A DNA stretch of 64,000 bases, from the NCBI RefSeq assembly GCF_009914755.1, contig NC_060927.1. The stretch is one strand, 5' to 3'. The stretch is from the human T2T-CHM13v2.0 reference genome, Homo sapiens. Positions 33,042 through 46,684 of this stretch are shown in pieces. The notes under the pieces were generated by a model. It searched no databases, was not told the origin of the DNA, and saw nothing but the letters and a program-made list of their open reading frames with translations. How positions within the stretch are numbered: the stretch's first letter is position 1; each line of letters starts with the position of its first letter. The position numbers and the translations under genes are program-made.

Positions 33042-35439
33042 AGCAACTGAAAAAAAATAATTTCCGTAGGACTTCCCTTTTTAAAAATGTGTCTTTATAT
33101 ACTGTTAAAGCTATCTTTTTACATGTGAGGAAACACTCCTAGATGCTGCAAATCATTAATGCATTGGGAAGACCTTCTATGAACTTACATATTTTCATCT
33201 TCTAATAACATCACTCCTCTCTTTACCAACTGAATATGTGGAAATCTGGGTTGAAAAAAAAAGGAGTTTCAGCAAAGCAGTCATATTTTTCTTTGTTTTT
33301 AAAATGGCCTCCAAATCTTAACAGGGTGGGTGAAAAAATACTGAACAATTAGAAGTCAGTGGGGCACTGCTGATTTGGGTAGCATGGGGTAAAATAAAGC
33401 TCAAGCTTCTGTGGTTTGATCATTTGAAACTCCAGTTGTTATAAGGATGGGTAGAGGTATACGGGCTGAAAAGATACACTGAAGGATGCAAACTCATAAA
33501 ATTAATAAGAATAAGAAAATCTTAAATGTAATGTATCATTTTTCAGGAGAAAATTCTCAATCATTTCCAAAAGAGAGAAGAGATGTATTGATCCTCCTGT
33601 GCTAGTAAGGAGATGTATTTTTTTCTAATTCCTACAGCCCTTTGTAGATTCCTGCTTTGTGCTGGTATCTCAATTCCAATATCACTCCTGAGGTAATCCC
33701 CAGGCCTTGTTTCTTGTCTTTCCATTGGCACTGAAACCCAAACCCAAATTTGATAGAGGCAAAGGACCTACTTGTCATTCTTCCCTTCCTCTCCATCCCC
33801 ATGGAAGAAGAGGGGATGCTTGTAACTATGGTTTTAGTTTCCTCTTCATTTCAGCACTGGCTGATTTATTTTTCATTCTTGAGTGCTCTTTTATGCATTT
33901 AAAATATGTTTTGTTATTTTTGCCCTAGCCTTTCTAGATTTTTGTACCAGAAGTATATTCAGATCATCATAGTGGAAACTTTGTTGTTTTTCTCTTTAAT
34001 ACATGCCAGATTAAAATTACATTTTAGATCTGTGATTCACGAGGTGCAGATTTGTTTCATCTACTGATTTTTAATATTAGTGTATTTCTTCAAGTGCTTT
34101 GTAAGTTTCTGCAATCTCCCCTTTAGCTGGAATTAATCTTCAGGTTATTGTACTGGGTTATGGAAATGTTCCTGTGAGTTACTTATGAGTTCTCCTCTAT
34201 GGGAGCCCTATATATTTCACTTGTTCAGGATTAACTTTCAGTTAGTTTCTTGGATTCAGGTATCCACAATTTTAGTAATAGAGATTAGCACTCCATACCA
34301 AAACCTAGCTTAGGCTTGATGTTTCCTAGCTGTGGCCTAATGAGAGTGTTCTAGTCATCTTATTATCTAAGGCTTTCCTTGTAGCAGCTACTGCTGCTGT
34401 TGTTGTCTTCTCTTTGGCATTTGAGAGGGAAGAAGATTATTACCTACTCTCCACTACATAGGAATTTCTTGTGGATATTTCATCCCAGATTCAAGGTATA
34501 CATCTCTTTGCAATAATCTACATTTCTTTTGGCTTCATTTCCAATTTATTGCTAAGCCTTAGAAGTCTATCTTCACTACTGGTACATTGGAAATTCATAC
34601 TTATGTTGGCAATTATCTGAATCTCTTATAAATATTTCTTGTTATATTTAATCTGTCATTTGTATGTATAAAAAAACACGAGGGAGGCAGAGGCTTCTTG
34701 TTCAGCTCGGTTTGTATACTAACCAGAAATCAAGAGGCCATGAACAAGGCCAAGCAAATATAAGAAACTACAAAGGTGACTCCAAAGCAGACCTGGACTT
34801 TGCTTTCAAGTAGATTTTTGTAAGTAGTGGCACTCATCTATCCTACAGCAACATCTAAACAGCCCCCAAAGCCAAAAATGTGGATACACCACATTATCAA
34901 AGATATAAGAAAGCTGTAGAAGCAAAGAAAATTGGATAAACTAAAATTCTAGACAAGAAAGAACTTTCCTAGGACAGCTGAAACAACAGATTTGCCAAAT
35001 CTGGAAACAGGTAGAGAATCTATCTGGTAATAGCGTGGCTCTGCTATGAAAACAAGGAACCAGCTGAGTTTTGACAGCTACATGGGCTAGCATGGCAGAT
35101 TGGAACCTGGAAGACCGTCGGTTTTCTCCACATAACGGTTTTCAGGGGGAACGGGGCACCGTGGGATATTGGAGGCCTAGAATAGGTATGTAAAATGATG
35201 TCTTTCTCAATCTCCCAGTATGAACACAAAGTCTCAATAGAGGGAGGGGCTAAACAAACATATCACAGGTATTTCCCTAGACAGAGAAAACAAGAGGTGA
35301 AATGAGCCTAGATAATGACTCATCTTAACCTCCATCTGCTTCCATTCTGGAATGAATGGATGTGAGCAGCTACCAATCTTATCTGTCTAGCAGAGAAAAA
35401 GGTAAACTCTCTGAGGATAATGAAGGGGGATTGGGATGA

Positions 35440-37490
35440 TAATGAGCATTTTCTCTGAACAGAGTAAAATTAAGCTAGAAATCAATAATTCAAAGTAAGT
35501 TTAGAAAGTACTAAATCACCTTTTGATCAAAGAAAAATTATTAAAGAATTAATTTAAATTCTGACAGATAAAATAAAAAATATGTATCAAAACTTAAGAG
35601 ATACAGCTAAATTTCTAACTATAAATACATACATTAGAAAAAAATGGAAAACTAATGGTCAAAACTCTCGGCAAGTTGAACAAATAAGTAAGAAATGTAA
35701 AACCAGAAATAAACAAAATAGAAGACAGAAAATACAATAACATGTATAGTTTAGTAAAAAAAACTTTAACTGGTTCCTTGAAAATCAATAAAATTTATAA
35801 GCTACTTGGAAAACTAATCAAGAGAAAAGAAAGATAATACAAATTTCCAATATTAGAAATGAAAAAGATGATATGTTACAGATCTTTAATACATTAAAAT
35901 GATGAGATTATAAACAACTTTATACTTATTATTCAACAATTAATGAATGAAAAAGGTCAAAAAAACATTACTTACCATTATAGAAACAAGAATAAATAGA
36001 AAATGTAAATATTCTTGTAACTCTTTAAAAAATAATTTAGAAACTTTTCTACAAAGTAAACTTTAAGACAGAATAGCTACTCTGGTAAATTTTCCCAACT
36101 GTTTAAGAAACAAATGATACCAAATCTTCTTTCAGGAAACAGAAAAACCACACTTCCACACTTATTTTATATAGCCAATGTATTGCAGACACAAGAAGCT
36201 GACAAGGAAATTACAGCCATCAAGAAAATTGTAGGCTGATATATCTCAGAAAAATAGACACAAATATGCTAAACAAAATATTATCAAATTATAATAAAAC
36301 ACAATATTATAAAAGCTATATATAAAATATATCATAACCCAAGTGACATTTATTCTGGGAATTCAAGATTGATTTAACTTTTGAAAAGCAATCAGTGATT
36401 TGCATTTCTCTGATGGCCAGTGACGGTGAGCATTTTTTCATGTGTTTTTTGGCTGCATAAATGTCTTCTTTTGAGAAGTGTCTGTTCATGTCCTTCACCC
36501 ACTTTTTGATGGGGTTGTTTGTTTTTTTCTTGTAAATTTGTTTGAGTTCATTGTAGATTCTGGATATTAGCCCTTTGTCAGATGAGTAGGTTGCTAAAAT
36601 TTTCTCCCATTTTGTATGTTGCCTGTTCACTCTGCTGGTAGTTTCTTTTGCTGTGCAGAAGCTCTTCAGTGTAATTAGATCCCATTTGTCAATTTTGGCT
36701 TTTGTTGCTATTGCTTTTGGATGTGGAGAAATAGGAACACTTTTACACTGTTGGTGGGAATGTAAACTAGTTCAACCATTGTGGAAGTCAGTGTGGCGAT
36801 TCCTCAGGGATCTAGAACTAGAAACACCATTTGACCCAGCCATCCCATTACTGGGTATATACCCAAAGGACTATAAATCATGCTGCTATAAAGACATGCA
36901 CACGTATGTTTATTGCAGCACTATTCACAATAGCAAAGACTTGGAACCAACCCAAATGTCCAACAACGATAGACTGGATTAAGAAAATGTGGCACATATA
37001 CACCATGGAATACTATGCAGCCATAAAAAATGATGAGTTCACGTCCTTTGTAGGGACATGGATGAAATTGGAAATCATCATTCTCAGTAAACTATGGCAA
37101 GGACAAAAAACCAAACACCGCATGTTCTCACTCATAGGTGGGAATTGAACAATGAGAACACATGGACACAGGAAGGGGAACATCACACTCTGGGGACTGT
37201 TGTGGAGTGGGGGGAGGAGAGAGGGATAGCATAAGGAGATATACCTAATGCTAAATGATGAGTTAATAGGTGCAGCACACCAGCATGGCACATGTATACA
37301 TATGTAACTAACCTGCACATTGTGCACATGTACCCTAAAACTTATTATAATAATAATAAAAAAAAGAAAAGCAATCAGTTGAATTCACCACATTAACAGA
37401 TTAAAGGAGAAATAAATAGAACCATCTTCATAGATGCAGAAACAGACTGATATTATTCAACACTATTTCATAATAAAACTTCTAGCAAAG
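35440..37490 (+). mobile_element. Ancient L1 (L1M/L1ME) ORF2 relic that hosts a younger L1
   Basis: Degenerate EN/RT-region motifs continue across the insertion: ...GAAAAGCAATCAGT|TGAATTCACCACATTAACAGA...ATAGATGCAGAA. Confidence 0.7.
36397..37365 (+). mobile_element. 5'-inverted L1PA3-like insertion
   Basis: Antisense piece 36397-36720 joined to sense piece 36719-37365 with A-tail. Perfect 14-bp TSD GAAAAGCAATCAGT at 36383-36396 and 37366-37379. Confidence 0.96.
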
Positions 37491-37854
37491 CGACAAAATT
37501 AAAATTAAAAAATGAAAGCCCTCTTCATGCATCACCTCAGACCCTTGGAAATCCTCTTTATTCCGGTGAACTTAGAAGATAACATGTGGCCCTAGGTGTT
37601 TGCATAGCACTTTAGTTGCCCCAAACCTCATTGACCTAAATTATCCTACAGGATCCTCCCAGCAACCATGAAAATTTGTCTAGTTCAGTTTAATAAAATT
37701 GTAAAAAATATATAAAATTATACAAAGAAACTTTATGAGAATCCACTTGTCAGTAATGTGCCAGCACTGAACTTCATGAGTTTTTTTTATCAATATAGGG
37801 AAAGAGGAAAGTGTAGAGCCAAAGAGATGAATACTTTAACAATAAAAATTAAAA

Positions 37855-39135
37855 AATTTTCTGATTTAAAATAATTATCAAGAAAAATGAAAGGACAAAT
37901 AATCCAACTTAAAACTGGATAAAGAATATGAATAAACATTTCTCCAAGTAGATGTATGAATGGTCAATAAGCACAAGAAAAGAACTTCAACATCATTAGT
38001 CATCAGGGAAATGAAAATTAAAACCACAATGAGGTAACTTTTCAAACCCATTAGGATGGCTAGGATTAAAAAGTCAGATAATAACAAGTGTTGGCAACAA
38101 TGTGGAGAAATCAGAACTGCTAGGGGGAATGTAAAATGGTGCATACACTAGAAAATAGTCTGGGAGTTCTTCAAATGACTAAACAAAGTTACCTTATGAC
38201 CCAACAGTTTAATTCCTAGGTATATACCAAAAAGAAATGAAAACATATGTATACACAAAAACTTGCATATTAATGTTTATAGGAGCATTATTCATAATAA
38301 CCAAAAGCTAGAAAGAGGCCAGATGCCCATCAACTGATGAATGTGTAAACAAAATGAGGTACATCAGTAAAATGAAGTCGTATTCAGGCATTGAAAGGAA
38401 TGGAGTACTTACACGTGCTGCAACTTGGATGAACCCTGAAAACATTATGCTAAGTAAAAGAAGCCAGTCAGAAAAGTCCACATATGATATAATCTATTAT
38501 ATAATTTCATTCATATGAATTTCCAGAAGAGGGAAATCTACAAACATAAAAAATTGATTAGTGGTTACTCAGATCTGTGTAGTAGTCCGTTTTCATCCTG
38601 CTAATAAAGACATACCGAAGGCTGGGTGATTTATAAAGGAAAGAAGTTTAATTGACTCACAGTTCAGCATGGCTGGGAAGGCCTCAGGAAACACAGCCAC
38701 GGGAGAAGGGGAAGCAAACACGTCCTTCACAAGGTGGCAGCAAGGAGAAGAATGAGAGTGAAGTGGAGGGAAAGTCCCTATTAAACTATCAGATTTCATG
38801 AGAACTCACTCACTATCATGAGAATAGTATGGGGAAACTGGAAACCACCCCCATGATTCAATTATCTCCACCTGGTCCTGCCCTTGACACATGGGAATTA
38901 TTACAATTCAAGATGAGATTTTGGGTGGCGATACAGCCAAACCATATCAGTCTGGGAGAAGATTGATAACTAAAAGGTGATAGCTAAAAAGTTCTTTTTG
39001 ACTTGATGAAAATGTTCTTTAAATGACTGTAGTTATTTTTCACATATCTGTATATGTAATAAAAACCTTTAAATGCATACTTTAGAGAATTGTATGTTAC
39101 ATAAATTATATCTCAGTTGAGCTATTTAAAAAGGA
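37855..39135 (+). mobile_element. Old L1 (L1MB/MC-like) 3' end, split by a THE1 LTR
   Basis: ORF2 C-terminal motifs, then TGGATGAACCCTGAAAACATTATGCTAAGT...TTAGTGGTT|LTR|...TGATGAAAATGTTCT. Confidence 0.8.
38578..38949 (-). mobile_element. THE1 solo LTR (372 bp)
   Basis: TGTAGTAGTCC...ACAGCCAAACCATATCA; TSD ATCTG/GTCTG. Confidence 0.9.
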
Positions 39136-39221
39136 ATGCCATATATATGAAATCTTAAAAAAAATCAAGAAGGATATTTAATTTGGAGTAAAAAAAGAAT
39201 GAAGCAACACACTGAACGCTA

Positions 39222-39440
39222 TTTAGTGTAAAGAGAATAGTCTCTGGCGTCTGAAATAAAGAGTAATGTGAACTCTCCTGATCACTAGCTCTATCACTTT
39301 AACCACCAGAGGCTATTTTCTCATTTGGATAATAGGAGATATCATCACCTACTTAAAGTTTTGGTATTAATTGAGAAAATGTGTGAATATCATTTGCACA
39401 ATACCTAGCACACAACAAGCTCTCCAAAGATGTGTTAATA
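39222..39440 (+). mobile_element. MIR relic
   Basis: TTTCTCATTTG...CACCTACTT...CACAATACCTAGCACACAACAAGCTCTC. Confidence 0.6.
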
Positions 39441-41054
39441 TCCAATTCTACCTCCCCATTCTGTTACAGTGGTTATGGTATTATATACACAGGAGCAACA
39501 ACTTCTGCCAAATAGGGCCTAAAAATGTTTCCAAAGGGAAAACTCTGAGATGGGTTGAAAAATGCCAAGCAGTTTACCAAGACATAATGGCCAGGGTCGA
39601 GGGTCAAGCAGATAAAAAGTTGAGCAAAAATAGCTTATTTCTCCTGTGGCACTGGGGTGATAGTGTGTGATAGGTATGCAAAGTTGTACATTTCCATTTT
39701 AGAGGCAAGTAAACTGAGATTTAGGATGGTGAAGGATGAGATCAAATTGACACAACTGCTACGAGACAGAGGTGAGGAATGACCACAGATCCACATCTGG
39801 AGCATCTGTAAAGTGAAAAATAGAACTTCAGTTTTTCTTCAAAGCTTCTGCAGGTAGAAACAGTTGTCATTCATGACCCAGAGCCCCCGATACCCAATTC
39901 AAGAGTTACTCCATTCCAGTTAGGATGAGTGGTCTTCACTCTGCATTCTGTCATAGACATTGCTGCTATTTCCTGGGTGATACAGTGAGGCTCAGAGCAG
40001 GAACTGTGTCTAATTCAACATCCAGCAAGACAAAAATATTCATGATCAGAATAAAATTCAAGTAAAATGTATTCAATTGCAGAAGGTATAATAATAAATC
40101 TTGAGTGTTTCTGAGCCAAAAGCAGCTCCAAGATGTCTTAAAAAACAAATAATTAAAAAAAAAAAAAAAAGACTAGCTGAGGCTTCAGAAAATCAGGATT
40201 ATTTCCAAATATTTTGGACCTAAAAAAGTAGTTTCTGATGCATTTAGAGAGGTAAGGAATGAAAAACAAGTGTTGGTATCAAACATTTATTTGGATATGT
40301 AATGCAAAGATTTCTTTTGCTACAGCATAATATTGTAATTCCCCTCCTGTGACTACTCAAAATAGAAAATTCTGCAGCAATTCCAAGAGAATCTCCTGTA
40401 TAATAAATAGATGATGCCCTGTGTCCTTCTTTTGTAAGAGCACTTAATGATAGTACTTCAGTTTGTCCCTCTCTATTGTCATAAAAACATATTTCAAACC
40501 TTTTTGGAGTGAAATGTTCAAAGATACCTAACATCTTGATGCGAACATATTTAAAATTCATTCACTGTAATACCCAATAATTATGACATCCAAGCACAAG
40601 GTCACAAAAGTATCTATACAAGCTTTCTGTAAGTTTATTTCACAGTTTCCAAATACATCCACAGATAAACAGTAGCAATAATTGTACTTAATGGAATATT
40701 AAAAGAACATTGTCCTTTACATATTCCAGTACTGTCACTTCAAATATGCTATATGCATGCATTTTAAGAAAATTGTGTACATGTGTGCATTTGTGTGTGT
40801 ATGTGTATGTACACTACATGTTAGGGGATGGAATCTTTAGCTAGTTCACTTTCTCTGACTGGCTCTATGTTATCATTTTTTCTTGCCAATTCTTTATCCC
40901 TTTCTTCCACAGTCTGATATGTATAGCCTCCAGTATTTGAAAATAAATTATATTTTAAACATGTATTTGTATCTTATATTCTAATAGTATATTTCAGTGG
41001 AATACTATCTTTATTTTATATTTAAATGTTAAATTGGGTTTCATCTGTCACAGA

Positions 41055-41295
41055 TGTATTGGTGCCTTTCCTAGTCCCTTTTCCTGGACCAATGTTCCCA
41101 GTGTTCCCATTCCCTGCCTATTGTGTGTGGTGTGTGTGGCTGCTGGTAACTCACAGTCTGCTCCCTTCTCTGAAGAACTGTCCGCAGATAAATGGAGATA
41201 CCCCAACCTGGTAGTTATAACCTTCATCCACCTGCGAAGCCAATGCCTGACTCATGGGGTATACCAGAGGCTATCTCCCTTGCCGAAAGACCAAA

Positions 41296-41334
<39 letters not shown>

Positions 41335-41557
41335 AAAACTTGTGATACAGATTATACTCCAGAGTCCTTCATGGGTAGAGCCAAGGATAGACTCAATCTG
41401 AGACTCTAAGACACCTTTGCTTTTTTCTTTTACTCTTTCTGTCCTCCTTCTTTCCCTCACAGATGTGTTTTTCTAAAAAGCAGCTCCTTCAGTAAATCAT
41501 TTTGTACCCATGTTCCTGTCTCAGCCTCTGATTCTGGGAAAACTAACCTTAGTCACA
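41055..41557 (+). mobile_element. LTR16-like (ERVL) LTR containing a (CAA)n microsatellite at ~41297-41333
   Basis: GGCTGCTGGTAACTCACAG...CCCTTCTCTGAAGAACTG and 3' end TAAATCA...CCTGTCTCAGCCTCTG...AACCTTAGTCACA. Confidence 0.65.
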
Positions 41558-41773
41558 ATCTCTCTATATGACTATTTCTATCGACATGTATTTTAATCTG
41601 CTTATTGAAACTGTATTCTAGGGCCAAGAACTGTATTAAAGAGGTTTCAGTCAGGTTTAATCAACTGAAGAAAAAAAGGCAAAATAATTTTGGAAACAGA
41701 TCAGAATATGTGAAATATTCAAGAAAAAAGGAGAAACACCTGTTCAAGCAACATGAACTAGAAGAAAAGTGAG

Positions 41774-42284
<511 letters not shown>

Positions 42285-44164
42285 TCAAGTCTCAGGACAG
42301 CTGAAATTCAAGGGGTGAGGACAAAGACCACCTCTTAATGGGAAAATGATTATGCATATATAGAAGATCTTGCTGACAGTCAACTTTGCAGAATTTACAA
42401 TATATATTAAAATGTATTTTAAAATTTTTATTTTGGTAGATGGTAAACAAATGAATTAGAGGACCCAGAAAAGATCAGTCTTTAAACACCATAGTAATTC
42501 ATCCTAGAGATAATGATACCTTTGTTTAGCATGATGGTAGTAGAGATGTGCTGAAGTGAAATGATTGTAAAAATATTTAGCAAGTAGAATCAGCAGTACT
42601 TGAGAAAATTTTAAATGCATTTGGTAAAAAGATAAAAATTTATTTAAAAGATATATATTATTTAAAACAGGATTATATAAATGTCAACTTTTTCTCATTG
42701 GCTCCGAATAACATTAGTGCATTGTTAACAGATGGGATTACACTGAATCACTCCATTCCCAGAGGAAATTATTAGATTTAGCAAAAGTATAAATTAGTGT
42801 TACTTTAAGAAGAAAATTGGTGAGTATCAATAAAAAATGAAAATGCACATACATATTGACCTATTAAGTTTACTTTTAGTCATATGCCCCAGAGAAACAC
42901 CATCCTTCACTTATACACAGAATAGAATGTATGAATGTGTTCTTGGGATGCTATCTATAAAATAAAACCAATGAAAATCACTTAAATATCCTTCAATAGA
43001 ATACTGGATAAATAAATTACACTACACTGACATGAAATATTCTTCAATCATCAGAGGAAGTGCATTTATGCAAACTGTTGTGACAAATTTTTGGAACCAA
43101 TGACATTTTAAGTGAAAAAATAAGTTGCAAAAATCTACATAGTATATATTTGCCTTTATGACAAATATTATTTATACACCCAGTAGATGTTACTAGAAGC
43201 TCAGAAATGATATATGCTAAAAGAGTGTGACAAAGTTAAAAGTGGGATTTTATTTTCCACCTTATATATTTTTAAAACTTATGAATAATAGAATTTGTAA
43301 ACTTGAAAACAATATAAAAGAGGAGAGAATTTCTAAGCATTTTAATTTAAAATAAAATTATTTTTTGAAATTTCTGAAGCATCCTGATGCATGCTTCTTG
43401 GATGTATTAACTATCTTTAGTCCAAAATTTATTTTCTCTAGCCTTTTAATAATGTTGTCCACATTTTGCATTAATGATTACAAAATTATTTCCTATATGT
43501 ACATCATTGGTGATATAGGTGAAAAGTTGAATGATGTATTTTACTTTATGAACAGATTTAGTAAGCTAATATTCAGACTTGGAGTTCCCAAGTTTACTTC
43601 TATTTCAAGTTAACGAGATTATGTACCTGATAATTACTTTCATTCAGGGCTTCCTTCACTATTACTGAAAGCTAATTTAAAGGTATGAATTACTCTTCCT
43701 CTACTGTGAGGCAGTAAGAAAGGTAGACTCTATTTTTTAAAAAATCACTTGAAGCTTTCTTTTTTAACACTTTCCAATTTATCTAGACATGTGTCAGTGG
43801 AAATTTAATTGTGCCCACTTGCTTTGTGAAAGTAGAGAGGCCACCTATTTATTTTATAGAAAATCATTCTTAAATGTTATTATGTGAATAGCCTCACACT
43901 AAGCTCTCATTTTAGATAGGAGTGCTGAACTCTATTAGTTAAGTGCATTTCATAAAAGAGTTGCAAATCTTTGGGGGAAAACTAATCCCCAGAAACTGTT
44001 ACAAAAGATAACACTGGAATTTTGTATTTTGATATATCATCAGTAATTCTTGCCAAAGGAATATACTTACATATGTCACAAAATTTGCTTAGTAATGCTG
44101 AGTCTAGGCATCAGGTTCAACATTCTGAAAGTTTAAAAATTCCATATTGTTGATTACATTGTCA

Positions 44165-44349
44165 TTTTATTTTATTTTATTTTTTAAATTTTTTTTTATT
44201 ATACTTTAAGTTTTAGGGTACATGTGCACAACATGCAGGTTTGTTACATATGTATACATGTGCCATGTTGGTGTGCTGCACCCATTAACTCCCCATTTAA
44301 CATTAGGTATATCTCCTAATGCTATCCCTCCCCCCTCCCCCCACCTCAC
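44165..44349 (-). mobile_element. L1PA4-like 3' stub (~185 bp)
   Basis: Poly(T) plus antisense 3'UTR. TSD TACATTGTCA at 44155-44164 and 44350-44359, followed by CTTT/AA. Confidence 0.93.
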
Positions 44350-46123
44350 TACATTGTCACTTTAATAGATTTTTTTTTTACAAATTCTACTGTAGCTAGA
44401 CTATTTTGGCTAATAATATTTTTATGATTCAGGAATATACATTATAACAATCCACTCAACAAGTTTATTATTAAGTCATTAATAAGTGATTAGTAAGATT
44501 GGTTTATTTTATTTTATGAGACAGAAGAAAAAATATGTCAAGCATAATGACGCTCCTTTAGGACAGGGCAATTAAAAACAATAGAAGTAGGCATTAATCA
44601 AATGTTAAACTATGAGATTTTTTTAAATAAAGTCTGTATAAAGCAATTGAAATGAGGTCTTTATAGAAGCATTCCCCAAAGTAAATTTATTAGGTTTTTA
44701 TGGAAAAATTATATGTGAAAGAGAGCTCCAGAAGTCCAATTTTAGTTACAAGAACTTGGATTAATAAAGTTAAACAGGGTATAAGAGATCCTTTAATGAA
44801 AAAGTACACAGTATGTGACTATTCCAAAATACTGGAAATGATTCAAGAAGGGGTCATGCCAAAACTCTATAAATGCAAAAATATTTTCTACAGAGAATTA
44901 TTTGAAAACAAAAATTGGGAATCATAGGTAGATAAATAGATATATTAAATAAGAGATAAATTGGACTCCTGAATAAGTTTAAATAATATAACCTTAAGAA
45001 TTGTTTTAAATTAAGGCTTGATATAACAAAGTAGCAAAAGTAAATCAGGAAATAAAGCCACAGAAAACAATATTCTCATTTGAAAACATTTATCATTGCA
45101 TTAATCAATGGTCACATGCAGTTTTATATTATAAACTTACTTAAAATTTTTGTAGCAAGAATATAGCTAATATGTTGATTCCTTTCCTCTTTCTAGTAAA
45201 AATCAGGCTTCTCTGCTTACACTGATTTCCAGAAAACTTAGAATTAGATTTAATATTCAACTGCGTTTACAAGATTTACTTAGGAAGTGACTGCATTTTA
45301 CTTGTCTTTCTACAATGTGAATCAGACTTTTACATGTATATGAAAAAGGATATATTAACTATTATTAGTCCAAAAGGTGTATGTGTTGAGGGCATGTACA
45401 ACACACCTGCTATATACATTTACAGTGTAAATCACTACTCAATTTTTTCTTCTATGATGATTAAAACTATAATTTAATCATTCAAGAACAAGTAATATGA
45501 AATACTGCCTACACAATTATAACACAATTATTTTAGTCTTAATGTTATTTGATATTTGCTATGCATTTTGGCAGTGAAAACAGGTTTTTTTCAGAGCAAT
45601 TATGGGGCAAAATATATTGGGGAATCCCAGCTTTAAGGATATTCAATTCTAGATAGTAGAATGCAACCTCTAAGCAGTTGAAGGAGCAAAACTGAACTAT
45701 TAAACTATATTATCTTGTAGTCCCTTCCATGTTAAATGAAAACAAATAAAATGAGTAAACTTACTTCATACCCATTTCAAGCATTAAGAAGTAAAACATA
45801 AAAGCCATCATAAAAGTCCAATGCTGCAGTAAGATAGCATTGAAAAATAAGTCTTAAATTAAGGAGAAATACTCTGATATGGGATGGTGAAAACCATCAC
45901 CCTATCCGCTCCTTTGATGCCACCATCCCATTACTCAGCATCAGTGTTTGAGAAAGGCTTAATCTTAGAGTTTTCATATTGAGAGTTGTAGCTCCAGAAT
46001 AAGGAATTTTATCTTTTTTGGTATTCAGAGAGAAGGAATTAATTAAATATAAAATATTTACTTATTTTAAAGCAAATAAAGGAAATGTTAGAGACTATAG
46101 TAAAATTTTAAAATTTCTAATTG

Positions 46124-46200
46124 GTGATGGGATTCAGAACACACTACCCCTAAATACAGCACCTTGACATACTGAATATTTTAAGCTAAAGAAATCTGAG
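46124..46200 (+). mobile_element. ERV1-class LTR 5' fragment (MER31/MER34-like)
   Basis: TGATGGGATTCAGAACACACTACCCCTAAATA...TATTTTAAGCTAAAG. Confidence 0.55.
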
Positions 46201-46570
46201 TCACTAGCCAGCTTCCCCACCCAGCTCAGGTGTTCTCCTTAAGCATCCTCCAGCCTGGCAGACAAGTATAGGCCATCAATTGTCCATGGAGACAGCATTT
46301 GGTTTCACTCAGATCCAGAGGCTGAGCTGTGACACAGCAAAGCCTTTTTGTTCTATTTAAGGCTATCCTAGATCTGGAAACAAGCCTAAGTCCATGCATA
46401 TCTGTGAAGCAGAGGCTCTGGCCTACCAAAAGTGGCTGATCAGCAGCTGCAGAGACCCTGCCTACACAGAGGCAATCACAGACCCAAGCCAGCTGCTACA
46501 CCTGACCACAGAGTCCTGCCAGTAGTCTCTTCAGACCACAGAGCACAAGAAAATTTATAGCAATGAAGGC

Positions 46571-46660
46571 ATACACACACACACACATATACATACACAT
46601 ATATGTATATATACACATATATATCTCAGTGGAATTACACACACACACACACACACACAC
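46571..46660. repeat. Compound (CA)/(TA) microsatellite
   Basis: Read directly. Confidence 0.9.
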
Positions 46661-46684
46661 CCAGATATATCTCAAATAAGCCAA

